DNA from: Acidobacteriota bacterium
GTDB taxonomy: Bacteria > Acidobacteriota > UBA6911 > RPQK01 > JAJDTT01
Assembly: GCA_965263035.1 (NCBI GenBank)
Contig: OZ253580.1
Coordinates: forward strand, 5,056,001-5,120,000
Length of the DNA stretch: 64,000 nucleotides
Direction: 5' to 3'
The notes below the pieces were generated by a model, which was not told the DNA's origin, searched no databases, and was given only the letters and a program-made list of their open reading frames with translations. The translations under genes and the position numbers were made by a program. Every line of letters starts with the position of its first letter. Position 1 is the stretch's first letter. Shown here piece after piece: positions 10,353 to 20,511 of the stretch.

Positions 10353-13010
10353 TCAGTCGACGAAGAGGAACTCATTGAGGTTGAAGACGGCCAGACAGAG
10401 TTCCGTCAGTCCCTGGGCCTGACTCCGCTCGATGGTCTTCAGCTCGGGGGGAGTGCCCTCCGGCAACTCCTCCCACTTCTCGCCCCCGGCGGACGCCAAG
10501 GTCTCGAGGGCGCCCCGGGTCTCCCCATCGGTGGGCGGCCGCCCCAGGGCGGTCCGCCAGGCCCGGTCCACCCATCGGCTCGGCTCGGAACCCCCCTCCC
10601 GGACAAGACGACCCGCGAAGGCCAGGGCCTGCCGGAATACGGCATCGTTGTTGAGGAGCCAAAGGGATTGGGGCGCCACCGTGGTCACGGAGCGCTCGGG
10701 ACAGCTGACCGCCGGATCGGGAGTATCGAACTTCTCGAACATGGGGAAGACGAAGTTCCGACGAGAGAGGATATAGATGCCTCTGCGGCTGTGCTCTGCA
10801 GGGTCCGCCGGCACGGTCCACGCCCACTTGAGCCGGAAGCCGGCCAGTTCATCCTCCGACAGCGGCGGAACGAAAGGCCGGCCGTACATCTTGGAGTTCA
10901 GGGTGCCGGCCACGGCATGGATGCTGTCCCACAAGACCTCGGCCTCGACCCGTCTCCGATTGGCCCGCCAGAGGTAGGCGTTGTCCGGGTCGACGGCGGC
11001 GTTGTGAGGATCGTCGAACCGGCTGGTGAGCCGGTAGGTCGAGGATTGGACAATCAGCCGGTGCATCGCCTTGAGGCTCCAGCCCTGGCGGACGAACTCG
11101 GTGGCCAGCCAGTCCAGCAGCTTCGGATGGGACGGGGGTTGGCCCTGGAGTCCGAAGTCGTTGGAGGTGGACACGATCCCCCGCCCGAAATGCCACTGCC
11201 AGAGGCGATTCGCCATGACCCGCGCGGTCAGCGGATGGTCGGGACGGGTCAGCCACAGGGCCAGTTGCTTCCGGTACCGGGGGCCATGGCCTTCGTTGGT
11301 GTCGAAGTCGACTCCGTCTTCCAGAATCCGGGGCAGTCCGGCCTCCACGAGCTTCCCGGGGCGGTCCAGATCGCCCCGCTCCAGGATCCGGGTCTCCGGG
11401 ATCAACTCCCCCTGAATGTGACCCAGGACGGTGGCCGAAGGCGGGTCGTAGAATCCGTCCCATCGGACGTTGTGGGAGGCGTCCTTGACGGGGATCTCCA
11501 GTACCTTCTCGGCAATGGCCAGCAGCAGGCGGGTGCTTGTTTCCTTCTCCTCTTCCGTCAGGTGCTCCTTGAGCTTGAAGGTCGTTGGGCTGAAGAAGTC
11601 CGCCAAGGCCTCCTGAAGGGGCGCCGCCAGCCTCTTCTCCTCCTCCGAGCGTTCCCCCTCCGGCTTCTCGTAGGCCCGGCGCACCTCTGCCGGGAAACGG
11701 GCTTTCCGTTCCTCGGTCAAACGCTGCCGGACCTTGGCCTCGAACATCCCGTGGGCCCGGCGCCGTTCGTCCAGGGCGATGGTCCGGGGGTAGTACTCGT
11801 TCCGGTGGAACATGCTCATGGCCGTGATCACCGGAAGCGTCACCGGATGGGAGGGAGCGAAGATGGCCTGCACCCGGAAATAGTCTTCCTGGCTGATGGG
11901 ATCGAACTTGTGGTCGTGGCAGCGGGCGCAGGCCAGGGTCAGACCCATGAAGGCCGCTCCCGTCATGTCGACCCAATCGGTCAGACGTTCGTAGCGGAGC
12001 TTGGGGGCGTCCAGGGTGGACTCGCCGATGGAGGGTCCAAACCCGTAGAGGCTGGTGCCGACGCGGGCTTCCAGGTGAGCCACCTTTGCGGGCCGAATGG
12101 CGTAGCTGGTGTCGTAGAGGTCCAGGTTGTCGGGCCACAGCTCGTCGGCCGCGACCTGTTCCTGGATGAAGCGGTCGTACGGTTTGTCTTCGTTGAACGA
12201 CTTGATCACGTAGTCCCGGTAGCGCCAGGCGTTGGGATAATACTCGTCCGTCTCGAACCCGCCGCTATCGGCGTAGCGCACCACGTCGAGCCAATGCCGG
12301 GCCCAGCGCTCGCCATAGGCGGGCGACTCCAGCAGCTGGTCCACGAGCTTCTCGAACGCCTTGGGGGACTCGTCCCGGAGGAAGGACTCCACTTGATCCG
12401 GCGAGGGCGGCAGTCCGATCAGGTCGATGTAGACTCTACGGACCAACTCCGGCCGGCTCGCTTCGGGAGCCGGTTTCAGGCCCTGGGCATGGAGCCGGGC
12501 CAGCACGAAGTTGTCGATGGGATTGCGAACCCGGCGGGTCGCTTCGAGGACTTGGGGAGACTCGGGACGAACCGGTGCGCGAAAGGACCACCAAGTGGGG
12601 CCGCCGGCTTCCGTAGCGGCAGAGTCGGGCCAGGACGCCCCGGCCTCGATCCAGGCCTTGAGGGTTTCCAGGTCCTGCTCGGGAAGCCGTTTCTCTCCGG
12701 GAGGCATCTCCAGATCGCCCATGTGGGCGACGGCCTGGTAGAGCAGGCTGGAGCCGGCCCGGCCCGGCTCCACTGCCGGACCGCGGTTGCCGCCACGCAG
12801 CATACCCTCCCGGGATCGGAGATCCAGGCCCGAGGCGCGGATGGAGCCGTGGCAGCTCAGGCACTCGTGCTTGAGGATCTCCGAGACGCGATCGGCGTGG
12901 CCGGACCCGGAAGGCGCCGGCCAGCCCGTCGCCCCGCTGAGGACGGCGACGGCGAGGACCACCCGAAGACAGCGTGCCTGCATGGCGGGGGTGGGCTGCG
13001 AAATGTTCAC
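10353..13010 (-). CDS. Planctomycete-type cytochrome c with DUF1549 and DUF1553 domains
   Basis: CLSCH and CARCHDHKFDP heme motifs, YGERWARHWLDVVRYADS, PSHPKLLDWLA, NLNEFLFVD. Confidence 0.9.
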   Translation of the reverse strand: MNISQPTPAMQARCLRVVLAVAVLSGATGWPAPSGSGHADRVSEILKHECLSCHGSIRASGLDLRSREGMLRGGNRGPAVEPGRAGSSLLYQAVAHMGDLEMPPGEKRLPEQDLETLKAWIEAGASWPDSAATEAGGPTWWSFRAPVRPESPQVLEATRRVRNPIDNFVLARLHAQGLKPAPEASRPELVRRVYIDLIGLPPSPDQVESFLRDESPKAFEKLVDQLLESPAYGERWARHWLDVVRYADSGGFETDEYYPNAWRYRDYVIKSFNEDKPYDRFIQEQVAADELWPDNLDLYDTSYAIRPAKVAHLEARVGTSLYGFGPSIGESTLDAPKLRYERLTDWVDMTGAAFMGLTLACARCHDHKFDPISQEDYFRVQAIFAPSHPVTLPVITAMSMFHRNEYYPRTIALDERRRAHGMFEAKVRQRLTEERKARFPAEVRRAYEKPEGERSEEEKRLAAPLQEALADFFSPTTFKLKEHLTEEEKETSTRLLLAIAEKVLEIPVKDASHNVRWDGFYDPPSATVLGHIQGELIPETRILERGDLDRPGKLVEAGLPRILEDGVDFDTNEGHGPRYRKQLALWLTRPDHPLTARVMANRLWQWHFGRGIVSTSNDFGLQGQPPSHPKLLDWLATEFVRQGWSLKAMHRLIVQSSTYRLTSRFDDPHNAAVDPDNAYLWRANRRRVEAEVLWDSIHAVAGTLNSKMYGRPFVPPLSEDELAGFRLKWAWTVPADPAEHSRRGIYILSRRNFVFPMFEKFDTPDPAVSCPERSVTTVAPQSLWLLNNDAVFRQALAFAGRLVREGGSEPSRWVDRAWRTALGRPPTDGETRGALETLASAGGEKWEELPEGTPPELKTIERSQAQGLTELCLAVFNLNEFLFVD

Positions 13011-13061
13011 GGCGCGATCCGATCGATTAGCTTCGATCTTAGCAGCCGTCGGCGACTCTTG

Positions 13062-15245
13062 TCATGGACGTGCGGCGTTGGAATCGCCACCCGCTTCGGC
13101 TGCGCCGCCGCGGCCCGGACCGGATTTCCGGGACCATTTGAGCCGCTCCCGATAGATTCTCTCCGCTTCGGCCAGTTGACCTAGAACCTCCCGTTGCTGG
13201 TGCAGGCTCTCGAAGGAGCCACCGGCGAGAGAGGTCTGGCGCATCTCGTCGAACCTCTCCAGGAAGAACTGCAGGGCTTCGGGGTCGGCGTAGGGCCGTC
13301 CGCCCACGGTGACGTAGACCGGAGTGGTGTGGGCAAAGAGATCGGGATTGTTGACCACCAATGGATGCTCTCCGCCGCGGACCCGAGCGGCCATCCAACC
13401 GCTGGACGGAACCCGGATGGTCCCCCGGTGAATCAAACTGGTCTCGTCCTTGAGCGGGATCTCCTGCAGGACCTCGCTGTTGAACAGAATCTCCACCCTC
13501 TCCATGGGAACCTGGGAATGCGCCTCCAACTCCAGCTCCACCGGTCCCGGCTCGTCCAGGGCGATCTCGCTTCCGGGAAGACGGCCCTGGACCCGGAAGT
13601 AGAGGAGAGGTCCGTTGCTGACGAAGGTCTTCCCCTGCTGCAGGGCCCGAACCCAGGACTCGTACGACAAACTGTCTCCGGTGTAGGCGTAGACTCGATC
13701 GCCGCCCAGGACCTTGTGGCGGCGGACGTTGTTGAAGGTGTCCGTTCCGGCCACTGCGCTCAGGCGCCATCCGCAATCCAGCAACAGGCGGTAGAGAGCG
13801 TTGGAACTCTCGGTGCTGGATAGGCCCAGGATCTCCATGCCGTCGACGGTTCCCAGGGCGGCGTCCACGGGGATCCAGCGTTGCCGGCCCAGAGAGGGGT
13901 GGACGTAGAAGACGGCGGCTCCTTCCTTGCGGACCTCCCGGACGGCGGTGGCGTTGGACGGGTAGTCAAAGGGGAAGAAACTGGCGGGGAACCCGTTGTA
14001 GGGGGGCTCCAGAAAACGCTTCAGGTTCAGGACGCCGATGTGTCCGTAGAGAGCGGGGCGGATCTCCTGGCTCCAGTAGAGGATATGCCGCGGCGTGCTC
14101 AGGGGATGGGGAGCCCCGGTGAAGTGCTGCCGGTCGTAGAGGACGGGTCCCTGCGAGTTGCAGACCAGGAGGTTGGCCACGTTCAAGTCCTCGGCCTCCA
14201 CCTGGAGGCGGACGTCGGTGGGGTTGACGATCTGGTCCATGGTCTTGTGGACCAGGTTGGGATGGATGTGGATGTCTCCCGAGTACCAGCCGCGGGAGGC
14301 CGCGTCGTGGAAGCGCTCCAATCGAAACTCCAGCGAGTTGGGGCCGGAAGGCTGCAGGTCGACGACCCGTTCCTGGTAGCGGTGCTCGAATCCCCGGACC
14401 ACGCGGATTCGGGTCTTGCCTGCCGGGAGGACCAAGCTGCTGGTTCCCCGCGTGTGAAAGTAGGCGCCCGCCCGGATCGGCGTATAGCGGAGATAAGTGC
14501 CCGAAGGGGCCCGCCCCAGGCCGTCGGAACCGACCACTTCTACCCGCGCGGGGACCATCCGGCCGTTTTCATCCAGAATCCGTATCTGGAGACGGCAGGA
14601 GGGGTTCCAAGCCAGGGGAAGACTCACACGGCGAATCCGGCCGTTGGTCCCAACCTGCAGGTCCAGATTCCTACTGCCCTCTCCCCAGACCCGGGCGATG
14701 ACGGCATGGACTTCCTGAGGGGCCAAGCGGACTTGTCGAGGCCGGAAATACAGCGGTCCCTCCGCCGGTTCCAGACTCACGCTCTGGGAACGGCGGGACA
14801 GGTTCCGAAGCAGGATCAATACCCGATTCTCCAATCCCCGAGTGAACTCCAGGCGGGATGGACGGGACTGGACCACCGGCGGGGCGACCTCGATCTTGAG
14901 CAGCTCAGGGGAGGAGAGGTTCCAGAGGGAGACGCTGATCTGGGACCTCACAACCGGAGCCGGTAGGACAGTGCGGTCACCGTAGACGTTTCTCTGGAGC
15001 ATGGTGAGAGGGCGGAACTGACCGTAAACGCTGAAGGCCGCCTCCCGATTCACCCGTTGGTTCAGGAGCAGTGCCGAGAAGAATTCGACGACGAGCCGGT
15101 GGCGGGGGTCCCGCATCTGAAGGCCGTCGAGGGTGTCTTCGGTCAGGCCGTAGGGATTGAAGAGCGGCTCCCCCGACTGACCGGGAAGGCTCGTCGACAG
15201 AAGTACCGCCAGAACGGGGACGAGCCACCATGATACTCGATTCAA
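13062..15245 (-). CDS. CehA/McbA-family PHP-like metallohydrolase, secreted
   Basis: GWYSGDIHIH, GHIGVL, YVHP, AVAGTD, GKTFVSNGPLL, AHTTPVYV; RBS AGGAGG before TTG. Confidence 0.75.
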   Translation of the reverse strand: MNRVSWWLVPVLAVLLSTSLPGQSGEPLFNPYGLTEDTLDGLQMRDPRHRLVVEFFSALLLNQRVNREAAFSVYGQFRPLTMLQRNVYGDRTVLPAPVVRSQISVSLWNLSSPELLKIEVAPPVVQSRPSRLEFTRGLENRVLILLRNLSRRSQSVSLEPAEGPLYFRPRQVRLAPQEVHAVIARVWGEGSRNLDLQVGTNGRIRRVSLPLAWNPSCRLQIRILDENGRMVPARVEVVGSDGLGRAPSGTYLRYTPIRAGAYFHTRGTSSLVLPAGKTRIRVVRGFEHRYQERVVDLQPSGPNSLEFRLERFHDAASRGWYSGDIHIHPNLVHKTMDQIVNPTDVRLQVEAEDLNVANLLVCNSQGPVLYDRQHFTGAPHPLSTPRHILYWSQEIRPALYGHIGVLNLKRFLEPPYNGFPASFFPFDYPSNATAVREVRKEGAAVFYVHPSLGRQRWIPVDAALGTVDGMEILGLSSTESSNALYRLLLDCGWRLSAVAGTDTFNNVRRHKVLGGDRVYAYTGDSLSYESWVRALQQGKTFVSNGPLLYFRVQGRLPGSEIALDEPGPVELELEAHSQVPMERVEILFNSEVLQEIPLKDETSLIHRGTIRVPSSGWMAARVRGGEHPLVVNNPDLFAHTTPVYVTVGGRPYADPEALQFFLERFDEMRQTSLAGGSFESLHQQREVLGQLAEAERIYRERLKWSRKSGPGRGGAAEAGGDSNAARP

Positions 15246-15261
15246 GGGTTTCTCCTCCTAA

Positions 15262-15423
15262 ACAGTCCGTGGTGAAAGTCGCGCGAGCACCGAGACCGGT
15301 CCTGCGCCCGCCGGACCAGGCACGATGCAGGGAGCATACCGGGAGTATGTGACCGAGTCGCAACGCAGTCCGCGCACGATGCAGGGACGGTCGAATGCCG
15401 TGACGACTTTTGCCACGGGCTGT
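15262..15423. mobile_element. MITE family A, copy 1 (162 bp)
   Basis: TIRs ACAGTCCGTGG / CCACGGGCTGT; near-identical inverted copy at 39057-39218. Confidence 0.8.
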
Positions 15424-15443
15424 CAACGTGAGCTGCGACGCCG

Positions 15444-17237
15444 TCATTCGGGGAAATAGCTCAGGTCCCACTCTCCCAGCTTCCACAATGGACTGGAAGT
15501 CGGTTCGGGTTCGGGCCGGCCGGCCATGATCCAGGCGGCAATCTCCTCATGGTGACCCAGACGGGCCAGCGTCTCGGAGGCCTGGCCGCCGGCGATGGCG
15601 GTGTCCCAGAAGGCCAGATGCTCGACTCCCATGGAGTAGAGCTGGCCGGCCTTGTTCCGGTATTGAGCGGCGTCCAGATTTCGGGGCATCACATTGAGCG
15701 CCAGACGGCAATCCCCCGCGCGGGCCAGGCGAACCCAATAGGTGACGTCGGCGGGGTCTTCCCAAGCGGTCTGAAAGCTGAACAGGCTCCGGGCCGAGGT
15801 GTAGGGGATCAGCGTGTCCACCAGACCCTCCTGAACCCACCGCTCGACGTCAATCCCGTAAAGCAGATTCTCCTCGCGGGAGCCGAACAGCCAGGCGGTG
15901 ACCGGGAGGGGCGCGGACGCGCCCTGTTCCTGGGCGGCCTCCGCCAGTTCGGCCTTGAGGTCCTCCATGAAACCGGTGAGGACCCGGCTCTTGTAGGCCA
16001 GCCAGCGGGGATCCGTTTCGGGCAGGCGCCGGGGGTCTACTCCGAACTCCTCCTGGAAGCCCTCCACCAGCGGCCTTTCGTACTCCAGGAAGGGGGGCTG
16101 CCGGTTGTAGAGAATGGCGATGCCGTCGATGGGATGCCCGGTCATCTCCCGGATCAACGAGAGGACGTAGCGGCGAGTTTCGGGAAAGGCATACGACAAC
16201 CCGAGCGAGGGCCGGCCGTCGCGGCCCACGCAACGGAGCTCGGGGCGCTGGTCGTAGAGTCCGCCGCGATTGAATTCGTCGAACGGCGGAGGCCAGTAGA
16301 AGGGTCGCCAGCCGATTCGGTAACAGGCGTGGAACTCCATCCCCAGTTCGTGAGCGAAGTCGGCGGCGACGCGAAAGGGATCGATTCCGCGTTCGACGTA
16401 GCCGTCCCAGGCTTCCCGGGCCAGACGGTCGTAGCGCCTGGGGGGATCCTGGGTCCGGATGCCCCGGTGGTCCCAGACCCGCCCGATGCGGGTCAGGTAG
16501 TTGCAGATGTCCCCGTGGGCGCCGTCCCAGTAGATGCGTCCGAAATCGGTGTGACGGTAGGGTTCCAGTTGGGCCTGAATGGCCGTCTCTTGGGACCGGC
16601 CTCCCGGCATTCGGTATCCCCGGTCGCCGTCGAACCAGGAGTCGTTGTAGGCGAACAGCCGGCGATGGGTCGGGTCGGACCGGTCATGTTCCAGGTTTCG
16701 GACCTCTTCGCCGGTGAGGGGGACCAGCTTGATGTAGGCGAGCCAGACCTTGCCGCTGATGTTGCCGAAGGCCTGTTCGTCGGGCACCGCCCGCTGGCAC
16801 GGTTGCCGGAACGCCAGGGTCTGGCCCGACAGGTCGGCGGTTTTCCAGAAGACGTCCTGGATTCTGGGGCCCTGTTTCTGATCATTTGCCGGGACGCCCC
16901 AGGGGCGTTCGCTGGGGACGGGAAGATAGATGAGCGAGAACGCCGGATCTCCGCTGAGCCGGGCGAAGACCCGTTGAGCCTCATAGGGCCGCCACGCATT
17001 GTTGAAGAGGCCGACATAGACGTCATGCCACCCCTGGACCTCGAGCGGGTAGGTGATCTCCGCCGCCTCGGTCTCTTCCCCGGCGAAGAGGAGCGTTCCC
17101 GCGGCAGTATCGGTCTCGAACTCCATCATTCGCCAGGCAAACCGGCGGGCCGTGCGACTGAGGGCGGTCGCCGGCTGGCAGCGGTCCAGATCGGCCCGGT
17201 AGACGGGATCGTTCTGCCTCCGGAATCGATCGAGCAT
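15444..17237 (-). CDS. Glycoside hydrolase-like TIM-barrel protein (GHL10/DUF187-like)
   Basis: DPFRVAADFAHELGMEFHACYR, LSYAFPETRRYVL..IRE, IDGI motifs. Start codon uncertain (ORF open to 17312). Confidence 0.55.
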   Translation of the reverse strand: MLDRFRRQNDPVYRADLDRCQPATALSRTARRFAWRMMEFETDTAAGTLLFAGEETEAAEITYPLEVQGWHDVYVGLFNNAWRPYEAQRVFARLSGDPAFSLIYLPVPSERPWGVPANDQKQGPRIQDVFWKTADLSGQTLAFRQPCQRAVPDEQAFGNISGKVWLAYIKLVPLTGEEVRNLEHDRSDPTHRRLFAYNDSWFDGDRGYRMPGGRSQETAIQAQLEPYRHTDFGRIYWDGAHGDICNYLTRIGRVWDHRGIRTQDPPRRYDRLAREAWDGYVERGIDPFRVAADFAHELGMEFHACYRIGWRPFYWPPPFDEFNRGGLYDQRPELRCVGRDGRPSLGLSYAFPETRRYVLSLIREMTGHPIDGIAILYNRQPPFLEYERPLVEGFQEEFGVDPRRLPETDPRWLAYKSRVLTGFMEDLKAELAEAAQEQGASAPLPVTAWLFGSREENLLYGIDVERWVQEGLVDTLIPYTSARSLFSFQTAWEDPADVTYWVRLARAGDCRLALNVMPRNLDAAQYRNKAGQLYSMGVEHLAFWDTAIAGGQASETLARLGHHEEIAAWIMAGRPEPEPTSSPLWKLGEWDLSYFPE

Positions 17238-17375
17238 AGCAGCGGCTCCAGGAGGCGCCTGCGCCGGTCTCGGGGGCTCCTCCTTGGGACACCGGATTGT
17301 ATCCAGCCGCAATCGGGGGGATCAAGCGGTCTCTTTGAACCGGACAACACGGCTTGTATAGTGGGCGGCGCCAAC

Positions 17376-20300
17376 ATGATCCCTCCCCTTGTACACACCT
17401 TCCATCTGGACGAAGGAGCCGCCTTTCGCTGGCGCTTCGCGGGGCTGGTCCTGGGGGGCCTGCTCCTGGTGGCCTACTGGCAGGAGTGGATCGTCTCCCC
17501 CTTTCCCTGGGACCTGGGCCTCATCCTGACCTTCCTCTACGGGTACAGCACCTTCCACCGAGCGTTCCAGGACGTGATCTCCCGGCGGATCAGCGCCGAG
17601 CAGGCGGTGACTCTGGCAGCCTTGGCCGCGCTCTACGTGGGCGAGTATCTGGCCGCCGCCGAGGTGGTTTACATCATGCTCGTGGGCGAGACCCTGGAGG
17701 CCTACGCCTCCAGGAGGTTCCACACCGATTTGACGCAGCTTCTCTCGATGCTGCCCCAGGAGGCCCACCGCTGGGGAGACGACGGCGAAGAACACGTGGC
17801 GCTGGGAGAACTCCGGCCGGAAGACCGGGTGGTGGTCTATCCGGGCGAGAGGGTCCCGGTGGACGGCGTGATCGTGGAAGGGGAATCGCTCCTGGACGAG
17901 AGTTCCATCACGGGAGAATCGGTGCCCCGGGAGCGGTCAATCCGCGACGAGGTCTACGCCGGGAGCGTGAACCAGACCGCCCGGCTCCTGATCCGGGCCC
18001 GCCATGTGGGCGAAACCACGGTGTTGAACCGGATCGTGGAACTGGTGCGCCAGGCCCGGGAGAGCAAGGCTCCCATTCAGCGGACTGCGGACCGCTACGC
18101 CCAATGGTTCCTGCCCCTGGTGCTGGGAATCGCGGTCCTCTGTTACGTGGTGACGGGTGACTGGATGCGCTCGGTGGCGATCCTGATCGTGGCCTGCCCC
18201 TGCGCCATGGTCCTGGCGACACCGGCGGCCGTGCTGGCCACCATCAGCGCCCTGGCCCGGAAGGGCATCGTCGTTAGGGGCGGGGTCCAGATCGAGGAGC
18301 TCTCCAAGATCGACTGCTTTGCCTTCGACAAGACTGGGACCCTCACCCGGGGCCGGCCCGAGCTGGTCCGGGTGATCCCCTTCGGAGAGTTTCGGCCCGA
18401 CGCGATCCTGGGTTGGGCGGCATCCCTTGAGTTCTTTTCCGAGCATCTCCTGGCCAAGGCCATCCGGGAAGCGGCGGAAACCCGGGGTCTCGACGTTTCT
18501 CCCGGGGAATCGGTCCAAAGGCACGCCGGTCTGGGTCTGGAGGGAACGCTGCCCTCCACCGGCGTTGAGGCGGGTCCGACCGTACTGGTGGGCAGCGCCC
18601 GGTTCCTAGAGCAGCGGGGAGTGACCCTCTCCAAGCCGGAGCAGGATGCCCTGGATCAGGCCGCGTCCGAGGGAGGCATCGCCGTCCTGGTGGGGTGGGA
18701 AGGGCAAGCCGCCGGAGTCCTCCTCCTGCGGGATCAACCCCGCGAGGAGGCGGGCCGGGCAGTGGCCGAGCTGCGTCAGCTGGGGATCCGGAAATCGCTG
18801 CTCTTGACGGGGGACAACGAGAAGGCGGCGCTGCGGGTGGCCCGGGAGGTGTCGATCGCCCAGGTCCACGCCGGCCTGCTCCCGGAGGAGAAGCTGGCCC
18901 ACCTGGAGGATCTCAAGCTCCAGGGCCTCCGCGTGGCGATGGTGGGAGACGGAGTCAACGACTCGCCGTCACTGGCCGCCGCCCATGTGGGCATCGCCAT
19001 GGGGGATACGGGGACCGACATCGCAGCCGAAGCGTCGGGCGTGGTGCTGGTCGGAGATGGCGGACTGGATCGCCTGAAGCCGTTGCTCCTAATGAGCCGC
19101 CGCGCCGTCAAGACCATCCACGACAACATCTTCTGGTTCGGTCTGGTCTTCAATCTGGCCGCGGTCATGGCCGCCTTCTGGGGGTACCTGAGCGCGGTGG
19201 GCGCCGCCGTGGTCCACCAGGGGTCCTCGTTCCTGGTCCTGATGAATTCCCTCAAGTTGCTGGACCGCCGGCCGTCGGAGTTTCTTCCCCACGGGCTTGG
19301 TCACCGGCTTCACCATCTCCAGCACCGGTTCCACCACCTTCAGCACGATCTTCAGCATCTTCAGCACGACTTCCTCCACTGGTTGGACCATCGGAATCCG
19401 GCCCATCTTTTCCATCATTTTCTCCACTGGGCGGGCCATCGCAAGATGTCCCTCCTGCGCTGGGCCGGGACCGCGGCCGCCTTGGCGTATCTGATCTCCG
19501 GAGTCCGGATGCTGGCCCCGGAGGAGGTGGGTGTGGTCCAGCGTCTGGGCCGGCTCCTCGAGGGGTCGTTGGACCCGGGCCTTCACTACGTGGCTCCTTG
19601 GCCCGTGGAGACCCTCCACCGGCTCCGGCCCGCGCAGGTCCGCACCGTGGAGCTGGGTTTCCGGATCTCCGACTCGGCGCCCGAGGCCGAAGTGGGGCCG
19701 GCCGCCTACGAGTGGAACATTCAACATCGCCAGGGGCGCTATCTGCGGAGGGAAGACGAGGCGCTCATGCTCACGGGAGATGAGTATCTGGTGGAGGTCA
19801 ATGCGGTAGTCCACTACTCCATCTCCGATTTCCACCAGTACCTCTTCGCCAGTTCGAACCTGGAGTCCACCTTGCAGTTCCTGTGCGAGAGCGCCTTGCG
19901 GCAGGTGGCTGCCACGATGGAGTTGGATCGGATTCTGGCCCTGGACCGGCGGACCATCGAGAGCGCGGCGATGGAGATGGTCCGAGCGGAGGCGGACCGC
20001 CTGGGCCTGGGGGTCCGAGTCCAGGCGTTCCACCTCCAGGACGTACATCCGGCGCTGGAGGTGGTGGGGGCGTTCCGGGACGTGGCCAGCGCCCTGGAGC
20101 AGAAGAGCCGTATGATCAACGAAGCGCATGCCTACGCCAACGAGCGGGTGCCCATTGCGGCGGGCGAAGCCCAGGGACGCCAGATCCAGGCCCGGTCCTA
20201 TGCGCTTTCCCGGGTCAGGCGCTCCGAGGGCGAGTCCCGCCGTTTCGATTTGCTCTACGGCGCCTACCGGCAGTCTCCGGAAACGACGCGCATCCGGATC

Positions 20301-20447
20301 TACCTGGAAGCCGTCGAAGCGGGCTTGGCGGGTAAGAAGAAATACATCCTGGACCAGAGTTCGGGACGACGGAAGATGCTCCTGTTTCGTAATTCGGTGT
20401 TCAATTTCGGAGACTTCGAGAAGGCGGTCGCCGGCCGCGGGCAATGA
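17376..20447 (+). CDS. P1B-type heavy-metal ATPase fused to a His-rich linker and a C-terminal HflK/SPFH domain (1023 aa)
   Basis: TGES, ACPC, FDKTGTLT, SEHLLA, TGDN, GDGVND, HQGSS; then 17 His in 50 aa, a TM helix, GVVQRLGR, PGLHYVAPWP, LMLTGDEYLVEV, QDVHP, AFRDV, TRIRIYLE. Single continuous frame. Confidence 0.9.
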   Translation: MIPPLVHTFHLDEGAAFRWRFAGLVLGGLLLVAYWQEWIVSPFPWDLGLILTFLYGYSTFHRAFQDVISRRISAEQAVTLAALAALYVGEYLAAAEVVYIMLVGETLEAYASRRFHTDLTQLLSMLPQEAHRWGDDGEEHVALGELRPEDRVVVYPGERVPVDGVIVEGESLLDESSITGESVPRERSIRDEVYAGSVNQTARLLIRARHVGETTVLNRIVELVRQARESKAPIQRTADRYAQWFLPLVLGIAVLCYVVTGDWMRSVAILIVACPCAMVLATPAAVLATISALARKGIVVRGGVQIEELSKIDCFAFDKTGTLTRGRPELVRVIPFGEFRPDAILGWAASLEFFSEHLLAKAIREAAETRGLDVSPGESVQRHAGLGLEGTLPSTGVEAGPTVLVGSARFLEQRGVTLSKPEQDALDQAASEGGIAVLVGWEGQAAGVLLLRDQPREEAGRAVAELRQLGIRKSLLLTGDNEKAALRVAREVSIAQVHAGLLPEEKLAHLEDLKLQGLRVAMVGDGVNDSPSLAAAHVGIAMGDTGTDIAAEASGVVLVGDGGLDRLKPLLLMSRRAVKTIHDNIFWFGLVFNLAAVMAAFWGYLSAVGAAVVHQGSSFLVLMNSLKLLDRRPSEFLPHGLGHRLHHLQHRFHHLQHDLQHLQHDFLHWLDHRNPAHLFHHFLHWAGHRKMSLLRWAGTAAALAYLISGVRMLAPEEVGVVQRLGRLLEGSLDPGLHYVAPWPVETLHRLRPAQVRTVELGFRISDSAPEAEVGPAAYEWNIQHRQGRYLRREDEALMLTGDEYLVEVNAVVHYSISDFHQYLFASSNLESTLQFLCESALRQVAATMELDRILALDRRTIESAAMEMVRAEADRLGLGVRVQAFHLQDVHPALEVVGAFRDVASALEQKSRMINEAHAYANERVPIAAGEAQGRQIQARSYALSRVRRSEGESRRFDLLYGAYRQSPETTRIRIYLEAVEAGLAGKKKYILDQSSGRRKMLLFRNSVFNFGDFEKAVAGRGQ

Positions 20448-20511
20448 TCCGGAGGCGCTGTCCGTGTTGGCGCCGCCCGGCGGCGGACGTCAATCGATGG
20501 AGAACAAGTAG

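Noticed and set aside
10200-13184. 994-aa plus-strand ORF, and similar long ORFs at 8212, 28809, 34153, 38309, 53267, 61238 and 61816
   Set aside because: Antisense or alternate-frame shadows of well-supported genes in GC-rich DNA; no family motifs.
15549-17375. N-terminal 609 aa of the 1632-aa ORF as part of the ATPase fusion
   Set aside because: It is the antisense shadow of the minus-strand hydrolase gene. ATPase-like sequence starts at ATG 17376, after a TTGAAC/TATAGT promoter-like site.
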